A DNA stretch of 61,543 nt from Rotaria socialis (taxonomy: Eukaryota), in contig CAJNYD010000549.1 of assembly GCA_905331295.1 (NCBI GenBank), positions 124,001 to 185,543 on the forward strand. Direction: 5' to 3'. A program made the position numbers and the translations under genes. Every line of letters starts with the position of its first letter. Within the stretch, counting starts at the first letter, position 1. This document shows, piece after piece, positions 38,560 through 52,670 of this stretch. A model generated the notes under the pieces. It did no database searches. It saw only the letters and a program-made list of their open reading frames with translations, and was not told the origin of the DNA.

Positions 38560-41081
38560 TTTATGATTAGTCGTAATTTATTAAAACTAGGTATTTTTTG
38601 TTGTTGTTGCTTTACAATAATTCTGATGACTTGCTATTTTTAATTTTCTTGCCGATGAGCAACAATTCAAACACAGAATTCTTATCGATTACCGGTTGAA
38701 TATTTATTCTTAGCGTGTAGCCAAATATAAATAAAGGGATTACCTTTTCTTATTCGATACCATTGAAGCTTATCATAAAATCAACTGGTTAAAGATATTT
38801 TTTTACAATGTACTTTGTCATCTCGAATCAAAATTGACCTATTTCGATTCAATCATAAAAGTTGTCTATTCCACGTTTTATTTATATTACGGAGATAGTC
38901 AATATATCATCAAGTTGGGCTCACTTCTGATGATCACGCGTAAGATATGTCGCATGTGTACTCTTCATTAGCTAAAATTCTTCGTTAATTTTCTAATTTG
39001 TGTCTTGCTCCTGGTAAATAATGGTCACTACGGAAGAACTATTAAATAAATTTGTATAAAGTACAGTATTCTACCTTTTTTCGATTGTAGTACATTGTGA
39101 ACTTAATCTGATTTGAAATACTGTTTTTATTGAGCATGATGCATAGTTTACTGAGTGTTGATATTGCGGTTCTTATCAATTTCGAAACGATTTACGATTG
39201 AATTTAAAAAGTACAAGAGCAATAGAGAAATCAACACTTGGTAGCTATATGAGGATTAGTAGGGAAAAAATGCGGTTGAAAAGAAAATCAAGTTCTTTTA
39301 TACAATTTTTGTCGCTTTTATTCGTCATCTTCATCGTCGTCAGGTGTTTCGTTGCTGTATAAGAAAGAAAAATGATTTGAAAGTAAACTATTTAAGAATT
39401 AGCTATGATCATGTCAATAATAGAATTCGACTTGTTAGTATCACTGTTTTGTTCATATATTAACTTTTTCTAAGTATATTAGTTTTCAAGTTTGCGCTAG
39501 ATGCGAGATGATACCAGACTAGCATACTGCTAGTAAATCGTTCATTCAATGAGATATAATTCTTCAAGCGAAGAGCTTAGAATCTACAAGAACTACATTG
39601 ATCATGAATCAATGGAATAGCGCTTATAAAACTTTTGTACGACTATTCGTTAAACAGCTGCAATATTAATAGTAATAATAATACATTAGATGACAGATGC
39701 ATCTCATCGGTCTCTTTGTATTGAACTCAACAAAAAGCAAATAAATCAACCGTAAAACAAGAACAAATATCATCGTTATCTATTTACTTGAACCTGTAGC
39801 TGATTGTCTCGTGTATATTGTGAGTTTAGTCTCTGACTCTTTTACCTATATTTTAATGTGATGAACGAAGACAATTTTTTTCTCGTACTTTAATTATTGA
39901 AGTGATATGAAAAACAATTGAAATTTATTCTATAATATGATTTTATATAATAATTTTAACTGAAATCTAATCTTTCTTTGTAAAAAAAAATGGAAAGTAA
40001 TTTGATAAAATTTTATTGAACTAATAGTTAAAGACGTAGACCATTCTCGAATAATTCCTATAGCTGATTTTCAGACGAAAGCTTCAACCAAACTTAGGCT
40101 TAAATAATATGTATAGTTTAAAAATAAACCAATAAAAATAAAATGCTTTACTGCTGTATAATTGCTATGTGCTATCTTGGCAGAGTTAATTAAAATATTG
40201 ACCGAAGAAGTATTTTTAGCGAATTCTGCAATTTTGTATAATTGTATAAGATCATGATTTGTTATATTGTAAATAATTATTTCTTGTTTCTAATGTTTTT
40301 TTTTATTTGTGTGTGCCAGAAAACTTCATTCAAGGAGTTCAAAAATGACACACACGCACAGATACCGAGAAGGGAAAAAAAGAGAAAAAACAAACAGTTG
40401 CTTGAAAGAAAAAAGAAGAGCTATAACGAAAAAGTCAGATCGAGCGAGCAAGTGAAAAAGAACATCTGTGTATACACGCGTATTAAAAAGAACAAAAAGA
40501 AAGCTTCACATTACACAATATTTTTAGTAACGTGCAGATTCTTGTTTTCCAAAAAAATACAAAATCGAAAAAGAAAAAAAAACAATCCAACGTTTTTTTT
40601 AAAGGCCATCGTACTTGTTGATAGATCATAAAAACAATCGATGACTATTGCTGCTTAGGTTGTGAGAGAAAAGGCATTTTGGACGCGATTCGATCACTCG
40701 AATCTTTCTTCCACGAATAATAATATTATTGTCTTAACCATCACTGTTATTGTAGATAGACATGAGAAGAATTAAAGCACGATTACCTGTACATATTAAA
40801 AGTATGAAATAGAAAAGAAACTTAATGCTCACGAAATAATCAACAGCACTGAAAAGAAAATCAATTTACGCATCTTTAACAGTTTCCTTTCTTTTCTCAA
40901 CTAAGACGAATTGAGCATGAAGTGCATTGAAAAGAAAAAAACGGACATCTATTTTGCTAGTAAAAAATATATCAAGAGAAAAGAAAAAGAACTTTTGAAT
41001 TCGTAGAAAAAAGACAAGAAAACGAAATGGGATATATCTCGAATAGTAAGCACAGATGAGAATAAGCATTGGATACAGAAA

Positions 41082-43596
41082 TCACAGTAATTCATACTGT
41101 CTCAAGTGCGAACGCTGAATTATATCGCGACAATCATTAAATACTCGACGAATATTTTCCGTATCAACAGCGCATGTAAAATGAGAATAACACGAATGAT
41201 CACTTTTGCCAACACGTGTACTAATTCGCTAAATGAAGAGGAAAAACTACTTTTTAATCCATAAAATAAATTTTTATTTTGTTAGCATACTAAAAATTCG
41301 TCACGTATGAAATATTTGGCTCGAGTTACTTCAGGATCTTCATTGGGTTCAGCTTTCTCTAAAAGAAAATCATTCATGAATATCGATTTTAAAATTAAAA
41401 AGCAACAACAACAAAGGAAGAAATAATCAGTGTGAATTAAATCAAAAACAATCACAAGCAAAACGCATTTCAAATTTTGCTTACTATATTTCGAAAAAGA
41501 ACCGTCTGTGAAAAATAAAAGAAATATAATCCCTGTTAATAGATTGGTTTATCTCTATTTACCTGATTCAACATTGGAAATGACATAGTGAGCAAATTCA
41601 GGAAAGTTTTCATCAAGTCGATAACCAGCTTTTATTTTTTCTGCTAGAAGATCTTGTTTATTGAGAAATAAAATAACAGAGATTGTTTTCAACCATCTAG
41701 GAAGAGATCACTAGAAATAGATGTATGTAGATTTCTTTAATCAATTTTTACCGATTATTCCAAATATTTTTAAATAAATCAAGTGATTCTCTCAATCGAT
41801 TTTGTTTTTCATCTTCGATAAGTACTAAATTAAAACCACTGCATGCTGTGACAAATATTATCGCGGTAACGTCATTAAAGCATTGAATCCATTTTCGACG
41901 TTCTTCACGTTGTCCACCAACATCAAACATACTATTCAGATATATAAGATATACTAACTATTCAAACAATGACAAATACATACTGAAAGCGCACCCGGTC
42001 AACTGTAAAAATCGTTTCATAAATACCTGATGTAAGCACACGACACCGAAGGATATCCTAAAAAATCTCATAAATATTTTTTTTGTTTACAATAATTGTA
42101 TAGAAAAGATAACATATGGAAAAAAATTTCTAGTACGATCTCAATTCAGGCTAACTACGCGATCTAGCTGTTGAATAGCAAAAGTCGGAAAAAATGATTG
42201 AAAGTGTAATATTCCAAGAAAAATATTTTTCTTTTCAATTCAAAATTTTAAGATCTAAATTGCGTTTCTTGACATTCCAGCAACTACTCCAACCTAGGTC
42301 AACAGATTTAATGATTCTAAATAAACAGTGAAAATAAAAATAAATCAGTAGATGTTTGCTCTTTTACAAAGTACAATCGCTTTCTGTTGATAGAGGTCAC
42401 ACTGGATATGATGTGTTGCAGAAGGAATGATTCACGCTTCCGTATTCTTTTTTCTTAGTTACATTTTTGTGATCATTCTTTTAAATCTCGATGGCGTTCA
42501 TTGTTTTTGCTATTCTACAGAAAGTTTACGTAGTTTTTACTTCGATTTTGAATTTATAAATGCTTACAAAACCATAATAAAAATCAGGATTCACTGAGAT
42601 ACTACTACTACACAAATACACAGTCGTTTTTCTATTGCTGCGCAACCTATTAGGCGCAGTTTTGACTAAAACAATCTAGACATGAAGGCACTTGAAGAAT
42701 TTTTAAGAGAAAGCAAAACAACATCTGATGTATTTATAGTTGTTGTATCGCACTAGTCGAATGAATCATTCAATTTAATTGAATGATTTATGCTGTAGAA
42801 TAGGATTCAATGATTCATACGTACTTGATCATTGGGCATGTAATTTGGCTTTCTGATATCATTGACACGATCGAGAAAGCTATAATATTTTATAAAGAAA
42901 GGAAAAAGTCAAAATAAAATTCGACTCAAATGAATAAACTACAGACTATTTAGCAGAATCGATCAATTGATATTCATTTGATCGAGAATAGCAATTCTGT
43001 ACACCTGCATCGCGCCATAGTTTTTCTGCATGATCGAAAAATTCGGATGGATAATCGAAATCTAATTGATGTGCTGTTGTTAAGATATATGTTGCGCATA
43101 TTTGATTTTCTGGACGTTCTAATCTCACTGGTGGATTTATCATATCCAGAGCACGTAAAATACTCTAGAAGAATATAAAAATTCTGTTAAAACAGAAAAC
43201 AACTTCGTTAATATAATACATACAGTTAATGAATCACGAATGTTGCGTTTAATATCGGGAATTTTATCGAGCTTTTCTCTAAAAACAAAACGGAATCGTA
43301 TTGTAGATAAATCAAAATCAAAATCATACTGTGTAGTGAATGGATTGTGCAAAATTTTCATTTGTTTGACAACCGTTGATTTGCCCGATTCACCGGCGCC
43401 TTTAAAAACGAAATATTCAATGAAGATTTATATATTGATAATTTAAATAATATAACAAACCTAAGAGAAGTAAACGATAAGTGGCTTTATAAACTTTTCC
43501 ATCTTTTTTTAATTTTGTACTAATTTGCTTATTGATTAATTTTCGTTTTTTTTCTTCATCATTTTTCGGAGCAATGCAACTCAAGAATTTTGACAT
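41082..43596 (-). CDS. GNAS: Heterotrimeric G protein alpha-s subunit, multi-exon
   Basis: [105 protein letters not shown]. Confidence 0.95.
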
Positions 43597-45415
43597 TTTT
43601 TTCTTTTCAATTAGTACGTTTGTTATTTTATTACCGTTTTCGAATGAACTATTCGTCATTTATATCCACATGTACATGGACAAACAAAATGCGCGGATTT
43701 TTTATGAATAAATATATAAAATAAGATGTTAAAATGATCTGAAATGATGGACAGAAGAAAATAAAATGATTATCAGATGATTATTCTTTCCAAGTGCACG
43801 CGACGGTACTTTATGCCCGTGAAAAACGAAATTTTATGACAAGCAGTTACGAATATTCGAAATCACTTTCATTAAACATCTATGCACTTTGACGCGATCG
43901 CAAAGATAAAAACGAGAAAGATTATTGATGAGAAAAAGTTTACAATTTTGAAATGCAAAATCAAGTTTATGTTTTTAATAGCATGATTTTTTTTCATTTA
44001 CACGAAATTTATAATGAACCGAAATAATGGATGTATGGTTTGCTAACAAAATCAGCCAATCAAAATGAGAATAAAATGCGTTTTTACAGGCATTAACATA
44101 AAACATTGGTTCGTATTCGAGTTTACAATCTTCTGATAATTTTGAAACTTGATATTCGTCGGCGATATGAATCAAATACTTTCTTGTTACTTACCAGGAA
44201 ATAAATGACTGGCATCTTATTCATATCAATCGTTTATAAAGTTGAAGTTTCTATACTGTATTTTCGATATTACCAAATGAACTTTCAGAGATAATATTGT
44301 AGTACTTCGGTTCATATAATAAAGCTTTTGAATAGAAAACAGAAAGCTAGAAATGATAATGGAATAATTTTAAGAATTGACTAAGAAATTTTTTCGATCT
44401 CAAACATTGTGACTTACCTGCAGAATAAAATGTGTTCGAATTTCTACTTGTTGAGAAACATATCCATGTACGCATACGGCCTTCTACGAGTATAAATTTT
44501 TTTAAGCTTAAAGCTTCACAAGAATGTAATCAGATTCCAAGCAATTCTCTTCCAAATGGCAAAAAGAAATCAAGTGAAATATCCACAAGTTGATAAGCAA
44601 AGATTAAAAATGCTATTCTAGTACGCATCATGAGTGATGGAATATCAATGATTTCAAGCAGAAAGACACTTGACGGCTGAGAACATTCTCAATATAGAAA
44701 AAGTACTGCTTCATAATTTCCCTTTGCCAATCTATCGAACATGATTGATACGAGATCATTGAGAGCGCTAAATATAGACACAGTGTCTACATCGGCTATA
44801 AAAAGATTCAACTTCAACAACGAGGTACCGTTTATGCACAGATACTGAAATTCATCGAATTTTTCTCACAAAATTCTTTTTTATGATCAAATTCTTGTCT
44901 TTTCAAAACAAATCGTCATATTATTATTCGTTTCATTCCTTAGATAACAAGCGTTGTAGTTTTGCGTCATCATGACTATGCGATTTGTGCCCAACTTCAA
45001 ACAATCAGAATTTTTTTACTCGAATCATGTTATCAAATTTTAAAAAAATAATTTAAATTAATATCAACACTAGATTTAAAGAAATCACTAGATACAATTG
45101 TCTCTCTCTTTCGAAATACTTTTCACCAGAAAACAAATTCCTATTGATACTTGCAATCAATCTTCTATAGAAGAGATGTATTTATGTTTATCGGAAAGAG
45201 ATGACGGGATTTTCCGTTTCTCTTCTATATTCTTTCATTATTCAGGCGACTCGCTGAACGAATCCGATTGGTTGAAAATTTCGACCAGTAGAATACTATC
45301 CGTTCCATGGTTTAACCTATTCATGCTCTTTATTCCATTTTGCTTTTTGTCTCGTTTCGTAAGTTCTAGTCATTCATGAAAATCAACTAATCTTTTTTTT
45401 TTGTTCAATTAACCA

Positions 45416-46600
45416 ATGTCTAAATATGCTCATACGATTAATTCCTTTTGTACAAAGTCTGAAAAATGTACGAATGAAATTCGATTAGAAAATTTTGGTT
45501 TACTCCGTCGTATGTATTCAAATTATTTAACGACAGAAATTTATGAACATTGGAATTGGTCATGGTCTTATATGGTTCAACCAACATATCAAGAATCAAA
45601 ATTTCGTATTGTTGTACAGTTCAATAATTTACCATTAACTCCGGGACATCTACTTGCTTTCAAAGCAATTTTATTCAGAAAAAACAGTCAGACAACAAAG
45701 TCAAGTGAATGTATTTGTTTAAAAGAACATTTATGGTTAACCGAAAATTTAAATATTCTGGAAGTATGTTCACTTGATGAACTTGATCAATTTATTTATA
45801 AAGATACTTTACGTATCGTGGTAATTGTCAGGTAAGATAGAAACTAGTTTCATTAGATGAATGTTTAAGTAGAAAATAATAATTCTCAATGAAGACACCG
45901 GACTTGCTAGCGATAATCTGAAACCGAGAGTATTTCATCGGTAAATTATAATTTATTTTTTAGACATGATTGGCTTGTTAAAGAATTACAAACTGATGAA
46001 CAAATCTTATCAATTACTTCCAATGCATATTTGTCAGATAGTAAAATCGATAATTGCAATACGAAATATCTAGAAGATATGAAATCGATTGTTAATCAAA
46101 TTGAAACAAGTGATATCACAATACGATGCCGTAACCAAACCTATAAATGTCATCGTGTTATATTATCAGCACGTTCATCATACTTTCATTCATTGTTCAA
46201 TTCAAACTTTAGTGAAAAATTTCAAAATGAAATCGATCTTAGTTCGTTTCTTACCAATGACAATGATTTCGATCTTCTACATTCATATGTATATAAAGCT
46301 GAAATAAATTTAACATTAGATAATATATTGCAATATATTCAATTAAGTGATAAATTTCTTTTGGATGATTTATACGAATTATGTGAACAATTCTTATTGA
46401 ATGATAATCATATAAATGAAAGCAATGTTTGGAATATTCTTGATATTTATAATACAATAGGACGAAAAATATCTTTAAATATACAAGAGAAATGTTTTCA
46501 TGTACTAAAAAATAATCGTCATTTAATTAATGAAGAATGTCATGATTTACTTAAACGACATCCTCATTTATCTATTGAACTTGTAAAATATTTTGTATAG
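45416..46600 (+). CDS. Divergent SPOP/TDPOZ-like MATH-BTB protein (putative Cullin3 adaptor), 2 coding exons
   Basis: BTB motif SDITIRC...YKCHRVILSARSSYF...LHSYVY...DKFLLDDLYELCEQFL; C-terminal HPHL; beta-rich N-terminal exon ending DTLRIVVIV; intron 45832-45963. Confidence 0.8.
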
Positions 46601-46649
46601 AAATTCTATTCTATTTTTGCTTGTTTCAGATTTAATCATAAAATAATCA

Positions 46650-49600
46650 ATGTCGGACGATGATGGCATGGACGGGAATGAAGATTTTGATCTTGACTAT
46701 GAAAATACAGACGAAGAGCCTGATGCCGATCTTGAAAATCAATATTATAATTCGAAAGCTTTAAAAGAAGAGGATCCATTTGCTGCTATTGAAAGCTTTA
46801 AAAAAGTGTTAGCATTAGAACAGAAAAGTGGCGAAAAAGGTGATTGGGGTTTTAAAGCACTCAAACAAATGATGAAAATTTATTTTAAAATGGAAAACTA
46901 TGATGAAATGTTAGCATGCTACAAAGAACTGTAAGTTATCAGTGTGTTTCAGTGAATTCTAGTGTGTAAATTAGATGAATTACTGATCTGGAATGCTTAA
47001 ATATAGATAATTTTAATAGAAAAAGAACAAATTCGATTTAGACTTCAGAACGAAGTAAGTAAAGCCTATAATGAAAAGTTAACAAACTCTTTAGTAATCC
47101 TGATCTTTGCTCAGCCTAGTATTTTGTGAATGGTTTATAGTCCAAATAGGATATTTTTTTTTATGTATTATAGAAAATGAATTGTCTTTGGTCAATAGCT
47201 ACCGCCATGATTTCTTTTTACTCAAGTCTTAAAGATACTTAAGAGGTCGTGAAAATTTAGAGTTCCTTGAAGTAGATTCTCTCACACGAAAGACTGAAAT
47301 CGTGTTTCACGCCGTACGTACTCTCTTATGAGTAGCACACCCTCTCACGATATATACTAATTAAATCATTATTATAATCATTAGCATTCCTATATTGATA
47401 GTGTTAAAGTGAGAGAAGTATGTGTGTACGTACAACTTGTACATTAACTCTATTTGACAAGAATGTCTTCATATTTAATAGTAACATCTATACATAGTGA
47501 GAAAAACTAGAGAGAAGAAAGAAGAGAAACAAATCCAGATCAAAGAGTATGATATGTATATAGTTTGTATGTGAGCGACATCCCTGTAACAGATAAGTAC
47601 ATCTTATGTTGTTGTAAATACATAATGTATGTGATTCTGGCTGATTGCTGATGGGTCGTGTTGACTGCAGTTGGTAAATATCTCGGTTTTTTCTAAAGTA
47701 TTATAACTGTGATTGACAGGAACAACAGGATATTAAATAGAAAAAAAAGCTATCGAGTGTTTTCGTGTACTATATAATAAAACATTTTGAAATAGTTAAA
47801 CGCAACTGTGCATCCCTCGATCTCCGTTGGGTTGATGCGAAATAAATATATTTTTCAAGTTGACTTCATATGCAGATAGTGCGCTGTCTTTCGTCTAATA
47901 CTTTTAATGTCAAGCTGTGCCAACAAATAGACCCTGTTAGAAATTAGATTATGGCAATAACAATACTCCGCATATACTTTCTTGCTGAAAACAACAACTA
48001 ATCAAACGGCTGTCTTAGATAATTTCTCAAAATCTTACCAAATGCCGTCTTGACATGGATTTTTAGTGATAATATGGAATAGTCTTCAAATATATTTGAT
48101 ATTCTCGTCGTCCATCTGATAGTGCTCAATTCTAGAAATCTTTTTTTTTCTATCAAGAATCAAAAATAACTCGGCAAATGTGCATTAGATTTGTTTAATG
48201 GATATACCGCTTGCAAATTATCATAGATATCACAGAACGAAAGAACAAAAATGCTGTTATTAAAAATGCAAATACGATAAGGAGAAAGAATTTACGAATA
48301 TCAATCATGTAGCACTAAAAGAAAAGGGCATGTTTTAACACACAAAAAACTCACTCAACTATCGTGGAATGAACTAGAAATTGGACTAACAAATTCTGTA
48401 CATTGAATTTCTCTATTTGAAGAAGTCTATCAAAACACATGAGAAACAAGTTTTACAAACGAGCTATTGTGAATAAAGGAGATTTGATTAGCCGAAATCA
48501 TTTTCTATCATGTAGAATATTTTTCAAATTCTCAGCCAACATGTGTGAATGAAAGATTTGTTAAAAACTAATCCTTCGAAGAAAATAGAATGTCTTCAAA
48601 CTATTCACGTCATGATGTTGAAGTCTTTCGTGGAATGATTGCACTTCACTCAAGATAAGACGACATTCGAGTATCTATTTTTGATAGAATCTAAAATTTA
48701 CAGCCCAGTTTTTTTTTCGCTTGCTGGAATATGTATTTAAAACAGATTCTATTCATTAGGTTAACTTATATAAAATCGGCTGTAACACGAAATGTCAGTG
48801 AAAAATCCATAAATTCAATTCTTGATTACATATCAACATCTAAACAAATGGATTTATTACAGAACTTCTATGAAACAACACTAGGTGCATTGAAAGAAAC
48901 TAAAAACGAACGTCTATGGTTTAAAACAAATTTAAAATTAGGCAAGTTATATGAAGAACAACAAGATTATGTTAAATTACAGAAAATTCTCAAAGAATTA
49001 CATAAATCATGTCAAACATCAGAAGGTAAAAACAAAGGAGAAAATATTATTTCACTGATTTGGTTTTTGTTAAGGTATTGACGATCAACGTAAAGGTACT
49101 CAATTACTAGAAGTATATGCATTAGAAATTCAAATGCACACATTACAAAAGAATACTAAAAAACTGAAACAATTATATGAACTATCATTACATATTAAAG
49201 CAGCAATTCCACATCCACTCATCATGGGTCTGTCTTTTATTTCAATTGAACATACAAGACTGATAATAATGATACATTCTCGTTTTAGGCGTTATAAGAG
49301 AATGTGGTGGGAAAATGCATTTGCGCGAACAAGAATATGAACGAGCTCATATAGATTTTTTCGAAGCATTTAAGAGCTATGACGAATCTGGTTCGCCACG
49401 TCGTACAACATGTTTGAAATATCTTGTTCTTGCTAATATGCTTATGCGTTCAACCATAAATCCATTTGATTCTCAAGAAGCCAAGCCATATAAAACTGAT
49501 CCAGAAATTCAAGCAATGACAAATCTCGTTGGTGCTTATCAAAATAATGATATTAAAGAATTTGAAACAATTTTGCGCACGAACCGCCAGGCCATTATGG

Positions 49601-49923
49601 ATGATCAATTTATTCGTGAACATATCGAAATACTTTTACGAACAATACGTACTAAAGTTCTTGTGAAATTAATAAAGCCATATACAAAAATTCGTATTGA
49701 ATTTATTGCAAAAGAATTAAATATACCTATGGATGATGTTGAAAGTTTATTAATATCGTGTATACTCGATCAAACAATAACGGGCAAAATCGATCAAGTG
49801 AATCATGTACTCGAACTTGATCAACAGCAAAATATTCAAGGTTTACATCGTTATGCGGCTATATCAAAAGTATCGACACAGTTACAAAGTGTCCAACATG
49901 CTATTCTACAAAGATTTAATTAA
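46650..49923 (+). CDS. COPS2: COP9 signalosome subunit 2, 4 exons
   Basis: [87 protein letters not shown] domain. Confidence 0.97.
47303..47708 (-). mobile_element. Candidate solo LTR in the 1.8-kb COPS2 intron
   Basis: About 400-bp block bounded by TGTTTC (left) and TTATAAC (right), with a CT-rich tract and ATTAAA on the minus strand; one terminus imperfect and no TSD found. Confidence 0.3.
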
Positions 49924-51113
49924 ATTAAGGCGTACTCGATTTCTGTTTTTTTTTTTGAATGCATATATAATATATTTTTAACGACAAGAAATAAAAGAAG
50001 ACTTGTTGGTAAAATAGTCGTCTCTTGTTTTCTTCCATCAGAAATTCTATTCCAAGAGTTCCATAGAATATCAGCGTTTTTTTCTTTCTGTTCTGCGCCT
50101 AGCGCAGCTAAGTTTTTTTTTATGGAGAAAAGGCAATAACGAGACAAAAAATATCTTTTTTTCCTTCCACAACAACATTCAGTCACTATTTATTCTACGC
50201 ATCCCATAGTCAAGTTCGACAACCATTGTCGACTATTACATACAAAGCACAAAAGCAAACCAAACCGAGAGGTGAGATTATACACTATTTTTTCGTATAA
50301 ATTCATCTGTTTGAACTTCATTTTCAACTCCGATTGTTAATAGTAGAAATCTTTAGAGTATTGCGCTTGAGGTTATTTATTTACTTTTTAGTTCCTGTGA
50401 TAAATGAGTTTTTGGTATTGATTTTATTTTATTTTATTTATTTTCTGATATTCACTACTTCTATAAGAATTGTACGCGCGTGTGTGCTCAAGTAGACGAG
50501 CATTTTCTTTTTCTGGCCTATTATAGGTTAGCCTTCATGCGGACGTTTGTTCATTATTTATTTCGTGATCATTAAATAATCCCACTAAATATATATATAT
50601 ATACATAGTCATCTATGTAAATTTTGTATCGCCTTATTAACAACATGTGATGTTGTACTCAGATATTTTTTCTTTTTGAACATGTCCTTTTGTCGTTTTA
50701 TTTCACCATTAAAACAAAAGTATAGATTGTGTGAATACAATTAGATGTATTTATTCTTAGACGTCGAAACCAAAGGAGAGAAAGAGGAAAAAAATAGAGC
50801 GAACGAAAGAAGAGAATAGAAGGAATGTTATCGTAGTCATCTCGGCAGTACCTCACTTTATCACCATTCACCTCGCAAATCAGTTACGCTCGTTATATTC
50901 AATTTATAATACGCATTAAAATATACACGATAATGAACGGTCACTCTACGAAAAAACTGCAAAAACCGGAGACTCGAATGTCTTTACACTCACATCTTCA
51001 TGATTTACACCATTCTATGAAGGTTAGAAAAGTTTCATTTTTTTCCTTTCGTTTCGTTTTTCCTATATGCACTTAAATACAGAAAAGAAGGCGTGCAGCT
51101 GTGACGATGATAC

Positions 51114-51138
51114 TGTTGTTGTTGTTGTTGTTGTTGTT
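51114..51138. repeat. (GTT)n microsatellite
   Basis: About 8 GTT units upstream of SNRNP40. Confidence 0.85.
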
Positions 51139-51253
51139 ATTTTTCTTTTATTGATAATGAGCTTATTGACCAAAATTATTCACTTCTCTAGATTTCAATT
51201 TAAAAAGAATAATTTTTCCTTTGTTCTCTTTATTTGTAACATTTCTGTAAATA

Positions 51254-52357
51254 ATGAGTATGAAACGACCTAATGAAAGTGGAAGTCTTGTACCTATTGG
51301 TCCACAAGCACCATATAAACAAGCTCGAACAAATGAAAATAACAATCAACAATTAGTTTCAACTCAACCACGTACATCAAAATTAGCAGCACCGATTATG
51401 TTATTACAAGGACATGAAGGCGAAATATTTTCTTGTAAATTTCATGCCGACGGTGAAATTATGGCGTCGGCTGGGTTTGATAGAAAGATTTTTCTATGGA
51501 ATGTTTATGATCAATGTTACAATTGGTATGTTTTAACTGGGCATGGTGGTGCTATTATGGAATTACAATGGAGTCCAGATGGCAGTGAGCTTGCTTCATG
51601 TTCTACAGGTTTGTAAAAGAAACGAAGAATAATAAATATTTTTTTAATCATTTGTGTTTATTTAGATAAATTAGCCTATATATGGGACATAACCACTTGT
51701 CAGCGTGTCAAGAAATTGAAAGGTCATCAATCATTGGTTAATTCCATAGGTTATTCGCGTATAGGTAAAGATATGCTTTGTACTGGTTCGGATGACGGCA
51801 CAGTAAAAGTATGGGATAGACGTAAACGTGGCGAAGTTATGACATTTGAATCAACATATCAAGTTTTAACATGTTGTTTTAATGCCTCATCAGATGCAGT
51901 TTTTTCCGGTGGAATAGATAATACAATAAAAATGTGGGATTTACGTAAACAAGAAGTATCGTTACGCCTGGATGGGCATCTTGATAGTCCAACAGGTCTT
52001 GAATTAAGTTACGATGGATCTTATTTGGCATCGAATTCCATGGATTCAACAATACGTATTTGGGATATACGTCCATATTTTAATGGTGTTGATCGATGTA
52101 TTAAATTATTTCAAGGGCATCAACATAATTTTGAAAAAAATCTCTTACGGGTTTCTTGGTCACCCGACGGAAAACGCATATCATGCGGTAGCGCTGATAA
52201 ACATGTTTATATTTGGGATATAGCAACAAGAAAAATACTTTATCGTTTGCCAGGTCATCTTGGCAGTGTTAATGAAGTCGATTTCCATCCAGTTGAACCC
52301 ATTATTGCTTCGTGTTCATCAGATAAAACAGTTTTTCTTGGGGAAATTGAACCCTAA
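51254..52357 (+). CDS. SNRNP40: U5 snRNP 40-kDa WD40 protein, 2 exons
   Basis: PRTSKLAAPIMLLQGHEGEI, GSDDGTVKVWD, FQGHQHNFEKNLLR, ILYRLPGHLGSVNEVDFHP.EPII...SDK...LGEI. Confidence 0.97.
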
Positions 52358-52670
52358 GAAAAGAATTCATAAGAAATGTTTGTTTTTCTCTTAGACAATT
52401 TCTAGTCTGTACATGGATGAAAACTGTACAGATTAGCTGATTTTTGTCTCTTTATTGTTGTTATTTGTCTTTGGTGTGTCTGTTTGTCTGTACTATCGTA
52501 TAGAAAATACAATTGTCCAACGAATGTATACGTTTGTGTAATAAGAGATAAGATAATTTCTTTTCTATTTTTGCAGCAGAAAACTAAGGTTAAGTGCAAG
52601 ATTAACAATCTCATATAGAGTCAAACAAGAAATCTTTCCCATTAAGAAAAAAATACTTTGTTTCGTTTAG

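Noticed and set aside
40242..40631. 129-aa Lys-rich ORF
   Set aside because: Antisense to the T-rich 3' region of G-alpha-s; compositional artefact.
42636..42682. GC hairpin CTGCGC...GCGCAG followed by CTAG (Helitron 3' end?)
   Set aside because: Short stem, CTAG followed by A rather than T, and no identifiable 5' end.
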